Of a stretch of DNA of 64,000 nucleotides, positions 1 through 8,667 are shown in pieces. The translations under genes and the position numbers were made by a program. This DNA comes from an uncultured Chitinophagaceae bacterium (GTDB lineage: Bacteria; Bacteroidota; Bacteroidia; Chitinophagales; Chitinophagaceae), in assembly GCA_963726895.1 (NCBI GenBank), contig CAVSED010000026.1:128-64127 (forward strand), read 5' to 3'. Numbering within the stretch: position 1 is the stretch's first letter; the number at the start of each line of letters is the position of its first letter. The notes under the pieces are model-generated. The model ran no database searches, was not told the DNA's origin, and saw only the letters and a list, made by a program, of their open reading frames with translations.

Positions 1-1401
1 TGCCAATTCTTCCATTCCTTTTTGTACCCATTCGTAACGGCTATACCATGCCAATTTGTTTTTTCTCCATTCTCCTTCTACCAATACTGCATTTTCACCA
101 ACATGCTCCTTTACTTTGTTCATGCCCCAAACTGCTGTTGCATTGAACATACTGTTGTTGGAAAATGCCTTGCTGTAAATGGCAGATGCTGTGGTGCGGT
201 TCACGTCTTCACCAGGGTGCAATAACTCTGGGCTTCTGATAAAACCATGCGACACTTGTAATGCCCAATTTTCGGATGGATTTAAAGATAATCGTCCGCT
301 CCAACTATCAAATCTTGCCTTATCAAAGTCATAGCGGTTTTCGTCGGGTTCTCTGCCTGTGAACGATGAACCTTCTATTTTAAACTGACCGTAGCGAACA
401 CCCATTGTTGCGACGCCAAAGGTTACGTGTGTTGCATCTACCCAATGGTGTGAAATGGGTGCATCGGGATTGCTTAAAGCCGAAGGACGGTGCATAAAGG
501 CAACTGGACCTAAAGCAGGTTCGCCTGGATAGCCGAAGTAAGCAAAGACATCTGCTTTCTTAGACAAAGCTTGTGCATAGCTTACTGACAGTTCTGAAAA
601 CAAGTCGTGTGGATGCTGCCTGTCAACGATGGATTTGCCTTTGTAGGCTTCGCCGCTTTGAAAAAGCAAGGGGTAGCCGTCACTACCACCTAAGGGTGCA
701 TCCAACGAAGACATGATGCTGAAATGAAACAAGCCATTCTTGCCCACTTGCCGCTGCCCCATGAACATGAGCCAATCGGGAGCATCTATTTCGCTGCCGC
801 CACGAGAACCTTTATTGGTAAAGTCCTGGTTGTTGTAACGCAAAAATAAATTGCCGTGCAGCATGTACATCCATTTGGGTGTATGAAACATATAGCCATA
901 CATGGGTGACGCATCAGGTAACCAACCTGTGCCCGAACCGTTGCGGTTCATAGGAAGATTGAGCGAAAAAGAATGGCTCATATTCATGTGCTCACTCATG
1001 GGTTCGTCCATATTCATCCCGTCCATGTGATGATGTTTCATGTGGGCTGTGTCGGACATCTGCATTTTTGGCTTCGACGTGTCTGCCGCTGCTTGCATAT
1101 CCCTGTGCTCATGGTGCATCGGTTTTGACGTATCGCCAATTGGCATTTCATCAGGCATTTTATTCTGTGGTTGGGATGTGGCTTTCTTTGTTCCCTCTTT
1201 CTTCGACTGTGACTTTGCCTGTTTTACAGTAATTGTCTTTTTAACTAAGGTCATTCCGCACCTGGGGCAACTACCTGGTTTATCCATTTGCACTTCGGGG
1301 TGCATGGGACAGGTGTACACTGCTTTCGTTTGCTGTGCCATTGCTGCCGATGCAAAACAAATACTGATGACTACCAATAAAATCCTGACTATTTTCTTCA
1401 T
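1..1401 (-). CDS. Exported heavy-metal-binding (YTCPMHP..CPxCGMxL) protein with Met/His-rich linker and probable outer-membrane barrel; runs off the window edge
   Basis: Manual translation from ATG at 1401: MKKIVRILLVVISICFASAAMAQQTKAVYTCPMHPEVQMDKPGSCPRCGMTL..., then an M/H-rich linker and ...DRQHPHDLF...HHWVDATH.... The frame is open to base 1 and absent from the ORF track because it has no stop. Confidence 0.8.
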   Translation of the reverse strand, partial: MKKIVRILLVVISICFASAAMAQQTKAVYTCPMHPEVQMDKPGSCPRCGMTLVKKTITVKQAKSQSKKEGTKKATSQPQNKMPDEMPIGDTSKPMHHEHRDMQAAADTSKPKMQMSDTAHMKHHHMDGMNMDEPMSEHMNMSHSFSLNLPMNRNGSGTGWLPDASPMYGYMFHTPKWMYMLHGNLFLRYNNQDFTNKGSRGGSEIDAPDWLMFMGQRQVGKNGLFHFSIMSSLDAPLGGSDGYPLLFQSGEAYKGKSIVDRQHPHDLFSELSVSYAQALSKKADVFAYFGYPGEPALGPVAFMHRPSALSNPDAPISHHWVDATHVTFGVATMGVRYGQFKIEGSSFTGREPDENRYDFDKARFDSWSGRLSLNPSENWALQVSHGFIRSPELLHPGEDVNRTTASAIYSKAFSNNSMFNATAVWGMNKVKEHVGENAVLVEGEWRKNKLAWYSRYEWVQKGMEELA

Positions 1402-1449
1402 TGCACTGTTTTTGTAATTGTTTTTACTTCTTCGCTACGGGTGTATGTT

Positions 1450-2178
1450 TTAGATCAATACAATCATTACTACACTCATGCCTATCATCAAGGCATCTTC
1501 TATAATAGTTATGGTGCTCATAGGCAAATTGAACACCGCACCCAAACAAGCACATCTTATTTGGCGCTTGTTCAATACAGTCTGCAACACACCAATAATG
1601 CTTACGGTCATTACTACAAACGTTATAGCATTGGTGACCAGCGGATTAAAGTTGAGCAGATAAGCCAACCCTAATGCAAGTTCTACAAACGGGTAAACAT
1701 AGCCCCAGTCCGGCCAGCGCTTTGCGACTATGTCGTAAGTGGAATAACTTTCTGCAAAGCCTTTTACATCCAACAACTTGAAAAACGAGAAGGTTAGGAA
1801 AAAGGCAGCCATGAAATGGCTCATCCATGTTAATGAATTAAATGAACCGTTCACCACCTGAAGCAAAATTGTTGTGCCCAGTATGTATGCACCAATTAGC
1901 AATATTGGTTTGTACGTGCTGAACCAGGAAGCGTTTTCAGTTGTAGCTGTAGTGTGATGCATACCACCGTCTGCCTCTGTAATGGTGTAAGCTCCAGCTT
2001 TACCGAGTGCATTTTGTAGCGTTTGAACTGGAATATGTTTTTGCATGGTGATAGTAGCCTGTGGTGGGGCAAGTTGAACTTCAGCTTCGGTTATATCACC
2101 CAGTTTCAGAAGTTCACTCTTTGCTTTTGCCACACAGCCGTTGCATGTCATGCCGGTAATGTTATATGTATGTGTCAT
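1450..2178 (-). CDS. HMA domain (GMTCNGC) fused to MauE/DoxX-like membrane domain
   Basis: N-terminal GMTCxxC, several transmembrane helices, C-terminal CACLG motif. Confidence 0.85.
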   Translation of the reverse strand: MTHTYNITGMTCNGCVAKAKSELLKLGDITEAEVQLAPPQATITMQKHIPVQTLQNALGKAGAYTITEADGGMHHTTATTENASWFSTYKPILLIGAYILGTTILLQVVNGSFNSLTWMSHFMAAFFLTFSFFKLLDVKGFAESYSTYDIVAKRWPDWGYVYPFVELALGLAYLLNFNPLVTNAITFVVMTVSIIGVLQTVLNKRQIRCACLGAVFNLPMSTITIIEDALMIGMSVVMIVLI

Positions 2179-2197
2179 ATTTTGTTCATTTACAACA

Positions 2198-2258
2198 CAA
2201 AATTAGTTCGATCTCCAGGCGTGACTGTTACACTATTATGGATAAGAGTTGTACTATT
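2198..2258 (-). promoter_or_regulatory. Bacteroidota -7 box plus tandem AraC-type operator
   Basis: TAATTTTG on minus at 2198-2205; direct repeats GTTACACTATT (2227-2237) and GTTGTACTATT (2248-2258), 21 bp apart. Confidence 0.5.
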
Positions 2259-2829
2259 TTTGGCTACCTACCTGGTCGAGGGATTGGCGGCTTTGCCGTC
2301 CTATTTGTTTGAATTTTGAGGGCGTTAAACCTGTGAGTTTTTTGAACTGGTTGGAAAGATGTGCCGTACTACTGTAGCCGAGGTCGAAGGCGATTTGCGA
2401 AAGTGATTGTTCGTCATATATTAAAAGCTCTTTTGCTTTCTCAATTCTTTGGTGAATGATGTATTGCTCGATGGTGATGCCTTCTACCTGGGAAAAGAGG
2501 TTGCTTAGGTAGGAATAATCGTGGTGAAGGTGTTTTGATATAAGTTCGCTGAAATTCTTTTGCGGTTGTTGTTGTTGATAGTGGATAATGCCAATAATAA
2601 AAGTTTTTATTTGTTCAATCAGTTTGCTTTGCTTGTCGTCTATCAGTTGGAACCCTACGTTATTTAGGGCCGTGGTAAGTTTGTTCTGTTGCTCAATGGT
2701 AAGTTCCTTTTCTTCAATGACGACTTCGCCGAGTTCTATAGTAACAAGGCGCAAACCTAAATTTTCTACCTCTGTTTTTACCACCATTTTGCAGCGACGG
2801 CAAACCATATTTTTGATGTAGAGGTGCAT
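2254..2829 (-). CDS. AraC-family regulator with N-terminal metal-binding CxxC (MVCRRC)
   Basis: C-terminal HTH SLSQIAFDLGYSSTAHLSNQFKKLTGLTPS. Confidence 0.9.
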   Translation of the reverse strand: MHLYIKNMVCRRCKMVVKTEVENLGLRLVTIELGEVVIEEKELTIEQQNKLTTALNNVGFQLIDDKQSKLIEQIKTFIIGIIHYQQQQPQKNFSELISKHLHHDYSYLSNLFSQVEGITIEQYIIHQRIEKAKELLIYDEQSLSQIAFDLGYSSTAHLSNQFKKLTGLTPSKFKQIGRQSRQSLDQVGSQK

Positions 2830-3116
2830 GGTATGAAATTACTTTATCAAAAACTTCTGCTTGCAAAAACTAATTCAAGTCCCACGGCTATCCCGGGTAG
2901 CATGAGTTTTGTTGATGTAAAGATCTTATCCCCGAGGATTGCACCAAAGCAAAAAAAAGAAGAGTTGGTAAAAAGCAAGTGCCATAAGTAATCCTTTGAT
3001 TTTGCACAGGATAGGCTTTGGGCTCTTGCAGCAGAACGAAGATAGCTACCCATTTACCCTATGCTTGATTAGCTATAGCATAGACTACAGCTTCGTTGCT
3101 CAATAAATAGCCGAAC

Positions 3117-3174
3117 GTACAAGTGAGTGACACAACAGAAGTTCAGTAAAGGAACTGGTGCTGGTCAAATAAAA
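3117..3174 (-). repeat. Bipartite intergenic repeat, diverged type A copy
   Basis: GTACAAGTGAGTGACACAAC ... GCTGGTCAAATAAAA. Confidence 0.5.
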
Positions 3175-3309
3175 ATAAACACCTTGTAAGCAGTTGTTCC
3201 AGTTATTGTGTTTAAAATTCTCAATAACATGTAATCAGGTTGCTGAAATGTACCTATTACTATTTCACAATCTATAGTGGCTATTAGCTGGTTCGTAATA
3301 AAATTAAAT

Positions 3310-5616
3310 CTAAACCAAGCCGCTGGTGTGCCGGCGGATCTTGACAATAACCGATTTGGATGCCGGCTGATTACTGGAGTCAGCTACGCTTTTTAGGGGA
3401 ACCAATACATTGGTTTCGGGATAATAGGTAGCGATACATTTTTGGGGGATGTCATATTCCACAACAATAAATTTGTGAGCAACCCTTTCTTTGTTGTCTG
3501 CGTTATTGGTGATATCAACCACATCACCGGCTTTTAGATATGCTTTCGCCATGTCGTTCTTGTTCATAAACACTACACGCCTTTCGTTATATACGCCGCG
3601 ATAGCGATCGTCTAAGCCATAGATGGTTGTATTAAACTGATCGTGACTTCTTATCGTCATCATCATCAGTTCGTCGTCTGCCAGGTAAGGAACAAACAGA
3701 TCGGTTACCGAAAAATTGGCTTTTTGATTTACGGTATCAAACTCGCGGCTCCGGTTGCCATTGGGTAAGTAAAACCCGCCTTTCACACGCACCTTTTCAT
3801 TATAATTTTCAAAACCATTGATCACCTTTTCAATATCATCACGAATATGATCATAGTTCTTCTCGTACTTCTCCCAGTCAATAACAGTATTGCGTAAAGT
3901 GGCTTTGGCTAACCTGCAAACGATCACCGGCTCACTCAACAGGTCTTTCGAAATAGGTTTTAATATACCCTTCGACATTTGCACTACACCGGTCGAATTT
4001 TCGCAGGAGACAAATTGGGTAATGCCGTCGTGTTCATCTTTGTCGGACCGTCCGAGACAAGGCAATATCAACGCTTCTTTACCATGCACCAGGTGACTAC
4101 GGTTGAGTTTGGTAGAAACATGCACAGTAAGGTCGCATTTGCGAAGTGCCTCTGCTGTAAAGGTGGTATCGGGAGTGGCAGAAAGGAAATTGCCACCCAT
4201 TGCAAAGAATACTTTAGCCTTGCCTTCGTGCATTGCATGTATGGATTTTACCACATCATAGCCATGCTCACGTGGAGGCGCGAAACCATATACTTTTTGT
4301 ATCTGGTCTAAAAGATTTTCGTGGGGCTTGTCGAATATGCCAACGGTGCGGTCGCCTTGCACATTGCTATGTCCGCGAACCGGGCAAGTACCTGCGCCGG
4401 GTTTTCCGATTGCACCTTTCAGCAATAGCAGGTTCACTATTTCTCTTATGGTATCCACCGCATTTTTGTGTTGGGTAACGCCCATTGCCCAGCAAATAAT
4501 GATCTTGCTTTTTTCTTTCAATAACACCACAAGTTGCTTTATCTCGTTGAGTGGAACACCAGCGTTTGCAACAAGATAATTGAGGTCGTACTTTTTAGCC
4601 TGCGCAATGAACGCTTCATATCCTGCTGTATGTTTTTTTATAAACTCATGGTCAAATATTTTACCGGGGTTCTTTTCTTCTTCCAGCAACAACAAATGAA
4701 TAACGGCTTTCAATAAAGCATGATCTCCGTTTAGTTTTACCTGTAAAAAAAGATCCGTAAGTTTTGAGTTGATCCCCAAAACTCCTTTCACCTGCTGCGG
4801 ATTATCGAACCCCAGCAAACCTGTTTCGTGCAATGGATTTACGGAAACAATGGTAGCCCCGTTGTTACGTCCTTTTTGCAAAGCCGTCAGCATTCGCGGG
4901 TGATTGGTTCCGGGGTTTTGACCAATTATGATGATCACTTCGGCTTCATAAAAATCGTGCAGTTTCACCGAACCTTTGCCGATACCGATAACCTTTGCCA
5001 GTGCGAAACTGGTAGACTCATGGCACATGTTGGAGCAATCGGGCAGGTTATTGGTACCAAACTCTTTTGCAAAAAGCTGGTACATATAAGCCGCTTCGTT
5101 GCTTGTGCGGCCGGAGGTATAGAAAATAGCTTCATTGGGACTTGCCAAACGATTGAGGTGATCGCCAATTTTATTAAACGCATCATCCCAACCGATGGGC
5201 TGATAGTGTGTTCCGTTTTCAGGCAGGTACATGGGTTGCGCAATCCGTCCATGTTTGCCGATGTGAAAATCATCTTCAGCGGATAATTCCAATACGGAAT
5301 GTTGGGCAAAAAAGTCAGGGCGCAAAGCCTTGGTCGTAGCCTCGTCTGCAACTGCTTTGGCGCCGTTCTCACAGTATTCGGCAATGCCAGATCTATCGTC
5401 ATCGGGGTCGGGCCACGCACACGAAGGACAATCAAAACCGTGCTTCTGGTTAAGATCGAGCAAGGCCTTCATTCCCCTCACTACATTCATTTCTCCAAAA
5501 ACATGCTGCGCACTGTGATACACGGCTTCCATTCCCGCTGCAACTTTGTAAGGTTCTTTTACTTTCAGTTTATCTGTAAAAGTTGCCGGGTTTTCTGCAT
5601 GTGTTTCCTCATCCAT
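3310..5616 (-). CDS. FdhF/YdeP-family molybdopterin oxidoreductase
   Basis: GFDCPSCAWPD, EYCENGAKA, YTSGRTSNE, LPDCSNMCHE, RSHDQFNTTIYG motifs; start probably ATG 5616. Confidence 0.92.
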   Translation of the reverse strand: MDEETHAENPATFTDKLKVKEPYKVAAGMEAVYHSAQHVFGEMNVVRGMKALLDLNQKHGFDCPSCAWPDPDDDRSGIAEYCENGAKAVADEATTKALRPDFFAQHSVLELSAEDDFHIGKHGRIAQPMYLPENGTHYQPIGWDDAFNKIGDHLNRLASPNEAIFYTSGRTSNEAAYMYQLFAKEFGTNNLPDCSNMCHESTSFALAKVIGIGKGSVKLHDFYEAEVIIIIGQNPGTNHPRMLTALQKGRNNGATIVSVNPLHETGLLGFDNPQQVKGVLGINSKLTDLFLQVKLNGDHALLKAVIHLLLLEEEKNPGKIFDHEFIKKHTAGYEAFIAQAKKYDLNYLVANAGVPLNEIKQLVVLLKEKSKIIICWAMGVTQHKNAVDTIREIVNLLLLKGAIGKPGAGTCPVRGHSNVQGDRTVGIFDKPHENLLDQIQKVYGFAPPREHGYDVVKSIHAMHEGKAKVFFAMGGNFLSATPDTTFTAEALRKCDLTVHVSTKLNRSHLVHGKEALILPCLGRSDKDEHDGITQFVSCENSTGVVQMSKGILKPISKDLLSEPVIVCRLAKATLRNTVIDWEKYEKNYDHIRDDIEKVINGFENYNEKVRVKGGFYLPNGNRSREFDTVNQKANFSVTDLFVPYLADDELMMMTIRSHDQFNTTIYGLDDRYRGVYNERRVVFMNKNDMAKAYLKAGDVVDITNNADNKERVAHKFIVVEYDIPQKCIATYYPETNVLVPLKSVADSSNQPASKSVIVKIRRHTSGLV

Positions 5617-5997
5617 ACTTTTCATTGTTAACAAGCTTTTGCCGGGTTTTCAAAATAGTCTGACTGGTCTTCCGTTGGTGATGCATCGATACATTTAAAA
5701 TCCTTTTCCAGTAAAAGGTAAAGGGTTTTATTGTCGTGAAGTAACATGTTCTGCTCAAGCCCCACCCGGTTTGACGCCGCCCATTCCTGTAACAATTTTT
5801 TTGGTACAAATAAGAGTCATGCGGTTGTCAATAAACTGAGCAGACATATTAGCATCACGCGTGCTTCGAACACCATAAAACAAAGCATTATTCATAAATT
5901 CTATGCGCTCTTGCAGGTAGCCTGAGTTTGCAACGATATCTACTTCAGACTTCGACAACCTGTACCGCAACGAATTACCTTTGATACGAATTTTCAT
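5609..5997 (-). CDS. Conserved hypothetical protein (MKIRIKGNSLRYRL...), one frameshift near 5800
   Basis: ORFs 5755-5997 and 5609-5809 join; tightly coupled between fdhD and fdhF. Confidence 0.65.
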
Positions 5998-6838
5998 AGT
6001 TTCTTTTTGTTATTCTTTGTGCACCGGTATAGATATTAAATGATTGACCCCGCAAAAAGCCCACCAGGGTTATTCCAAATTCGTCTGCCATTTGCACTGC
6101 AAGGCTCGACGGAGCGCCTACTGCAGCAACCCATTGTATCCCGGCCATGTATGCCTTCTGTATCAATTCAAAACTTGCCCTGCCGCTGAGTAATAGCAAT
6201 GAACTCTCAGGCTTTATAACCGTTTGGTTCAGTAATGCCCCAATCAATTTATCCAGTGCATTGTGCCTGCCAACATCTTCCCGCGTCAGCAATAGTTTTC
6301 CCGCAGCATCAAATAAACCGCAGGCGTGCAGACCACCCGTACAATCAAACACATTTTGATGGGCGCGCAGGGCGGCAGGCAAACTATAAATAACTTCGGC
6401 TGCAATACAAAAATCATCTTTACGGTCCGCAAGCTGGCGGCAAACTGTTTTCAATGCTTCCAGCGATGATTTTCCACAGACGCCGCAACTGGAAGTAGTA
6501 TAAAAATTCCTTTGTAGCTTACCTATGTCAACCGGTACATCTTCTTTCAATTCAACCTTTACAACATTTTCGTGCAGCCCGTTGCAGTGTTTAATGGACT
6601 GTATATCGCCTGCTTTGCTGATGATACCTTCCGTAAATAGAAAGCCCGCTGCCAGTTCAAAATCATTGCCGGGCGTGCGCATAGTAATGGAAATACTTTT
6701 CTGCATTCTCTGGTCACCATCAGTAAAGCTGAGGCGGATCTCCAATGGTTCCTCCGTCGCAAGCAGATCGTTTGCCTGGTGGATGCCAGTAGGGTTGACT
6801 TTGATAATAGTTTTGGGATAAGAAGAAGAGTGGGGCAT
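5975..6838 (-). CDS. fdhD: Formate dehydrogenase accessory sulfurtransferase FdhD
   Basis: EEPLEIR, TMRTPGNDFELAAGFL, SSCGVCGK, EDVGRHNALDKL; likely start MPHSS at 6838. Confidence 0.93.
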   Translation of the reverse strand: MPHSSSYPKTIIKVNPTGIHQANDLLATEEPLEIRLSFTDGDQRMQKSISITMRTPGNDFELAAGFLFTEGIISKAGDIQSIKHCNGLHENVVKVELKEDVPVDIGKLQRNFYTTSSCGVCGKSSLEALKTVCRQLADRKDDFCIAAEVIYSLPAALRAHQNVFDCTGGLHACGLFDAAGKLLLTREDVGRHNALDKLIGALLNQTVIKPESSLLLLSGRASFELIQKAYMAGIQWVAAVGAPSSLAVQMADEFGITLVGFLRGQSFNIYTGAQRITKRNYENSYQR

Positions 6839-6957
6839 AAAATAATTACTCAAAAAGTTGTGCCGTAACAGCAAATAGAAGCGATAATGTAACATATTCT
6901 GTAAATCCTGCAGCAGACAGCAAATAAGTAACTGAGAAGGCAAATAAGGTTGATACA

Positions 6958-7016
6958 TTTTTGGGTACCAAACATTAGGAATGCTATTGTACATCGTTGC
7001 GTCGCACTCTTGTACA
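6958..7016 (+). repeat. Bipartite intergenic repeat, type A
   Basis: TTTTTGGGTACC ... CATCGTTGCGTCGCACTCTTGTACA. Confidence 0.8.
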
Positions 7017-7373
7017 GATTTTTCTTTCCTGGACAATTCACCACATATAATTTGCCAGGTATAAACATACATAGGCAGGTTAAAAAAGAGGTTCTATTTA
7101 ACGGACTTTAAAACTCGACTGAAACCCAGAAATCAGAACATTACTCTTGCTCTTCATCTTGCCTTAAAAACGTTGCCATTTCAATTTTTAAAAGCACGTG
7201 CAGCAAAGTTAAGATACTCGAGTTGTTAAGAAACAAAGACGCAATACCAGGAATTGTAAAAGCAATAAATCTAGTAATCAAATTGCAAATAAATCTAGTT
7301 AAATAATTTATTTTATCCAGGCAATAACTTACTTATCTTGACCCTTTTAAAAAAGTTGAAAAATAGAATTGCT

Positions 7374-7449
7374 TGTACAAGAGTGCGACCTGCCTACCGG
7401 CAGGCAGGCGCAACAATGCTAAATAGTAGCACGAATGCCGGGCTCAAAA
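7374..7449 (-). repeat. Bipartite repeat type A carrying a 20-nt REP-like hairpin (7389-7408)
   Basis: TGTACAAGAGTGCGA[CCTGCCTACCGGCAGGCAGG]CGCAACAATG. Confidence 0.85.
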
Positions 7450-7509
7450 TAGTGCAAAAACTTATTCTTCCACAGAAGATGTCTGCGCCCGATTTTCTGT
7501 GATCGATAC

Positions 7510-8667
7510 TTAATCTTCCTCACCGGTGTTCTTCATTTTCATCAAGGCAGCGTAGGCATTTTTGATGATAACTACCTTATTGACAAGATCGCCCGAAGCA
7601 GGTTTTATGGCAACAAAACCATTTTCACTAAGCGTAGTGCTGACAGGGGTAAACTCAAATTCTTTCGGGCTACGCTCAATAAAAATATAATTTTTATCGC
7701 CCGACCGGACTACTGCGTCTTCGGGCACCGCGAGCACAGAATTGGACGTGATCTGAACTTCTGCATTCATAAACGTGCCGGGAAGCAACGGCGGAATTGC
7801 ACCGGTAAAATGACAATGCACGAGGGCGCTTCTGTTGCTATCGAGCGTTCTGCTAACCAACATCACTTTTGCATAATATGCTTTGGTTGTATCGCTGGTT
7901 ATGGTTGCTTTTACCACCTGCCCCGGATGGATATATGGCAGGTCTTTTTCGAAGATCGTTAAAGTTAAATGCAGATCGTTTGTATTTACCAGTTCAAACA
8001 ATACATCTGTAGCAGTAACATACTTGCCAATATTGACATTGACAGCCGAAACAAAGCCATTGATCGGTGAATAAAGATTTACTGTTTGCCTGATCGTATT
8101 TTCATTTAAACCAGTGGGATTGATACCTATCAGCATCAATTTAGCCCTGAGCGCTTTTAGGGTAATCCTCGCCTGCAAGTAATCGCTTTGGGTTTGCTGG
8201 TACACCTTATCGCTGGTTGCTTTTGATTTGTTCAAAACTTTTTGTCGCTCATTCTCCTTTTGCAGAAAGTCGGCTTTGGCTTGTGCCAGCAAATAGTCTT
8301 CCTGCATCTGCACAAAAGATTGATCCTGCATAACTGCAAGCACCTGCCCTTTGCTGATCTTCATACCAGGTAGCAGGTTGGTGCTTTTTATGTATCCTCC
8401 TGCCGGAAAGCTTATCGTAACCATGTTTTGGGGAGGAACATCTATCAAACCATTGACTTGCAGCACAGCCTGCATGGTTTTCATCTGCGGCTTACCAGTT
8501 TCAATGCCCGCACTGGTTATCTGTGCAGCGGTTAAAGAAACTATATTTTCCAACCCATTAGGTGTGGCTTTTTGAGTTGTAGAAATGTCTTCATTTTCTG
8601 CCTGCTGCTTGCCAGAACAACTATATAAAGCCGTAAGCAACAAAAGCATAAGTATCTTATTCATCAC
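7510..8667 (-). CDS. RND efflux periplasmic adaptor (CzcB/CusB-like lipoprotein)
   Basis: Lipobox LYSC; SPINGFV and LAVPEDAVV adaptor motifs; follows czcA-type gene. Confidence 0.9.
   Translation of the reverse strand: MMNKILMLLLLTALYSCSGKQQAENEDISTTQKATPNGLENIVSLTAAQITSAGIETGKPQMKTMQAVLQVNGLIDVPPQNMVTISFPAGGYIKSTNLLPGMKISKGQVLAVMQDQSFVQMQEDYLLAQAKADFLQKENERQKVLNKSKATSDKVYQQTQSDYLQARITLKALRAKLMLIGINPTGLNENTIRQTVNLYSPINGFVSAVNVNIGKYVTATDVLFELVNTNDLHLTLTIFEKDLPYIHPGQVVKATITSDTTKAYYAKVMLVSRTLDSNRSALVHCHFTGAIPPLLPGTFMNAEVQITSNSVLAVPEDAVVRSGDKNYIFIERSPKEFEFTPVSTTLSENGFVAIKPASGDLVNKVVIIKNAYAALMKMKNTGEED

Noticed and set aside
403-416. CATTGTTGCGACGC match to the bipartite repeat core
   Set aside because: It lies within a coding region (GVATM on minus) and lacks the T-rich box and the CTCCGTT tail; likely chance.
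2847-3110. Riboswitch upstream of the AraC gene
   Set aside because: No recognisable aptamer consensus or convincing stems.
7264-7299. AATAAATCTAGT direct repeat
   Set aside because: Short, AT-rich, only two copies and no clear promoter association.
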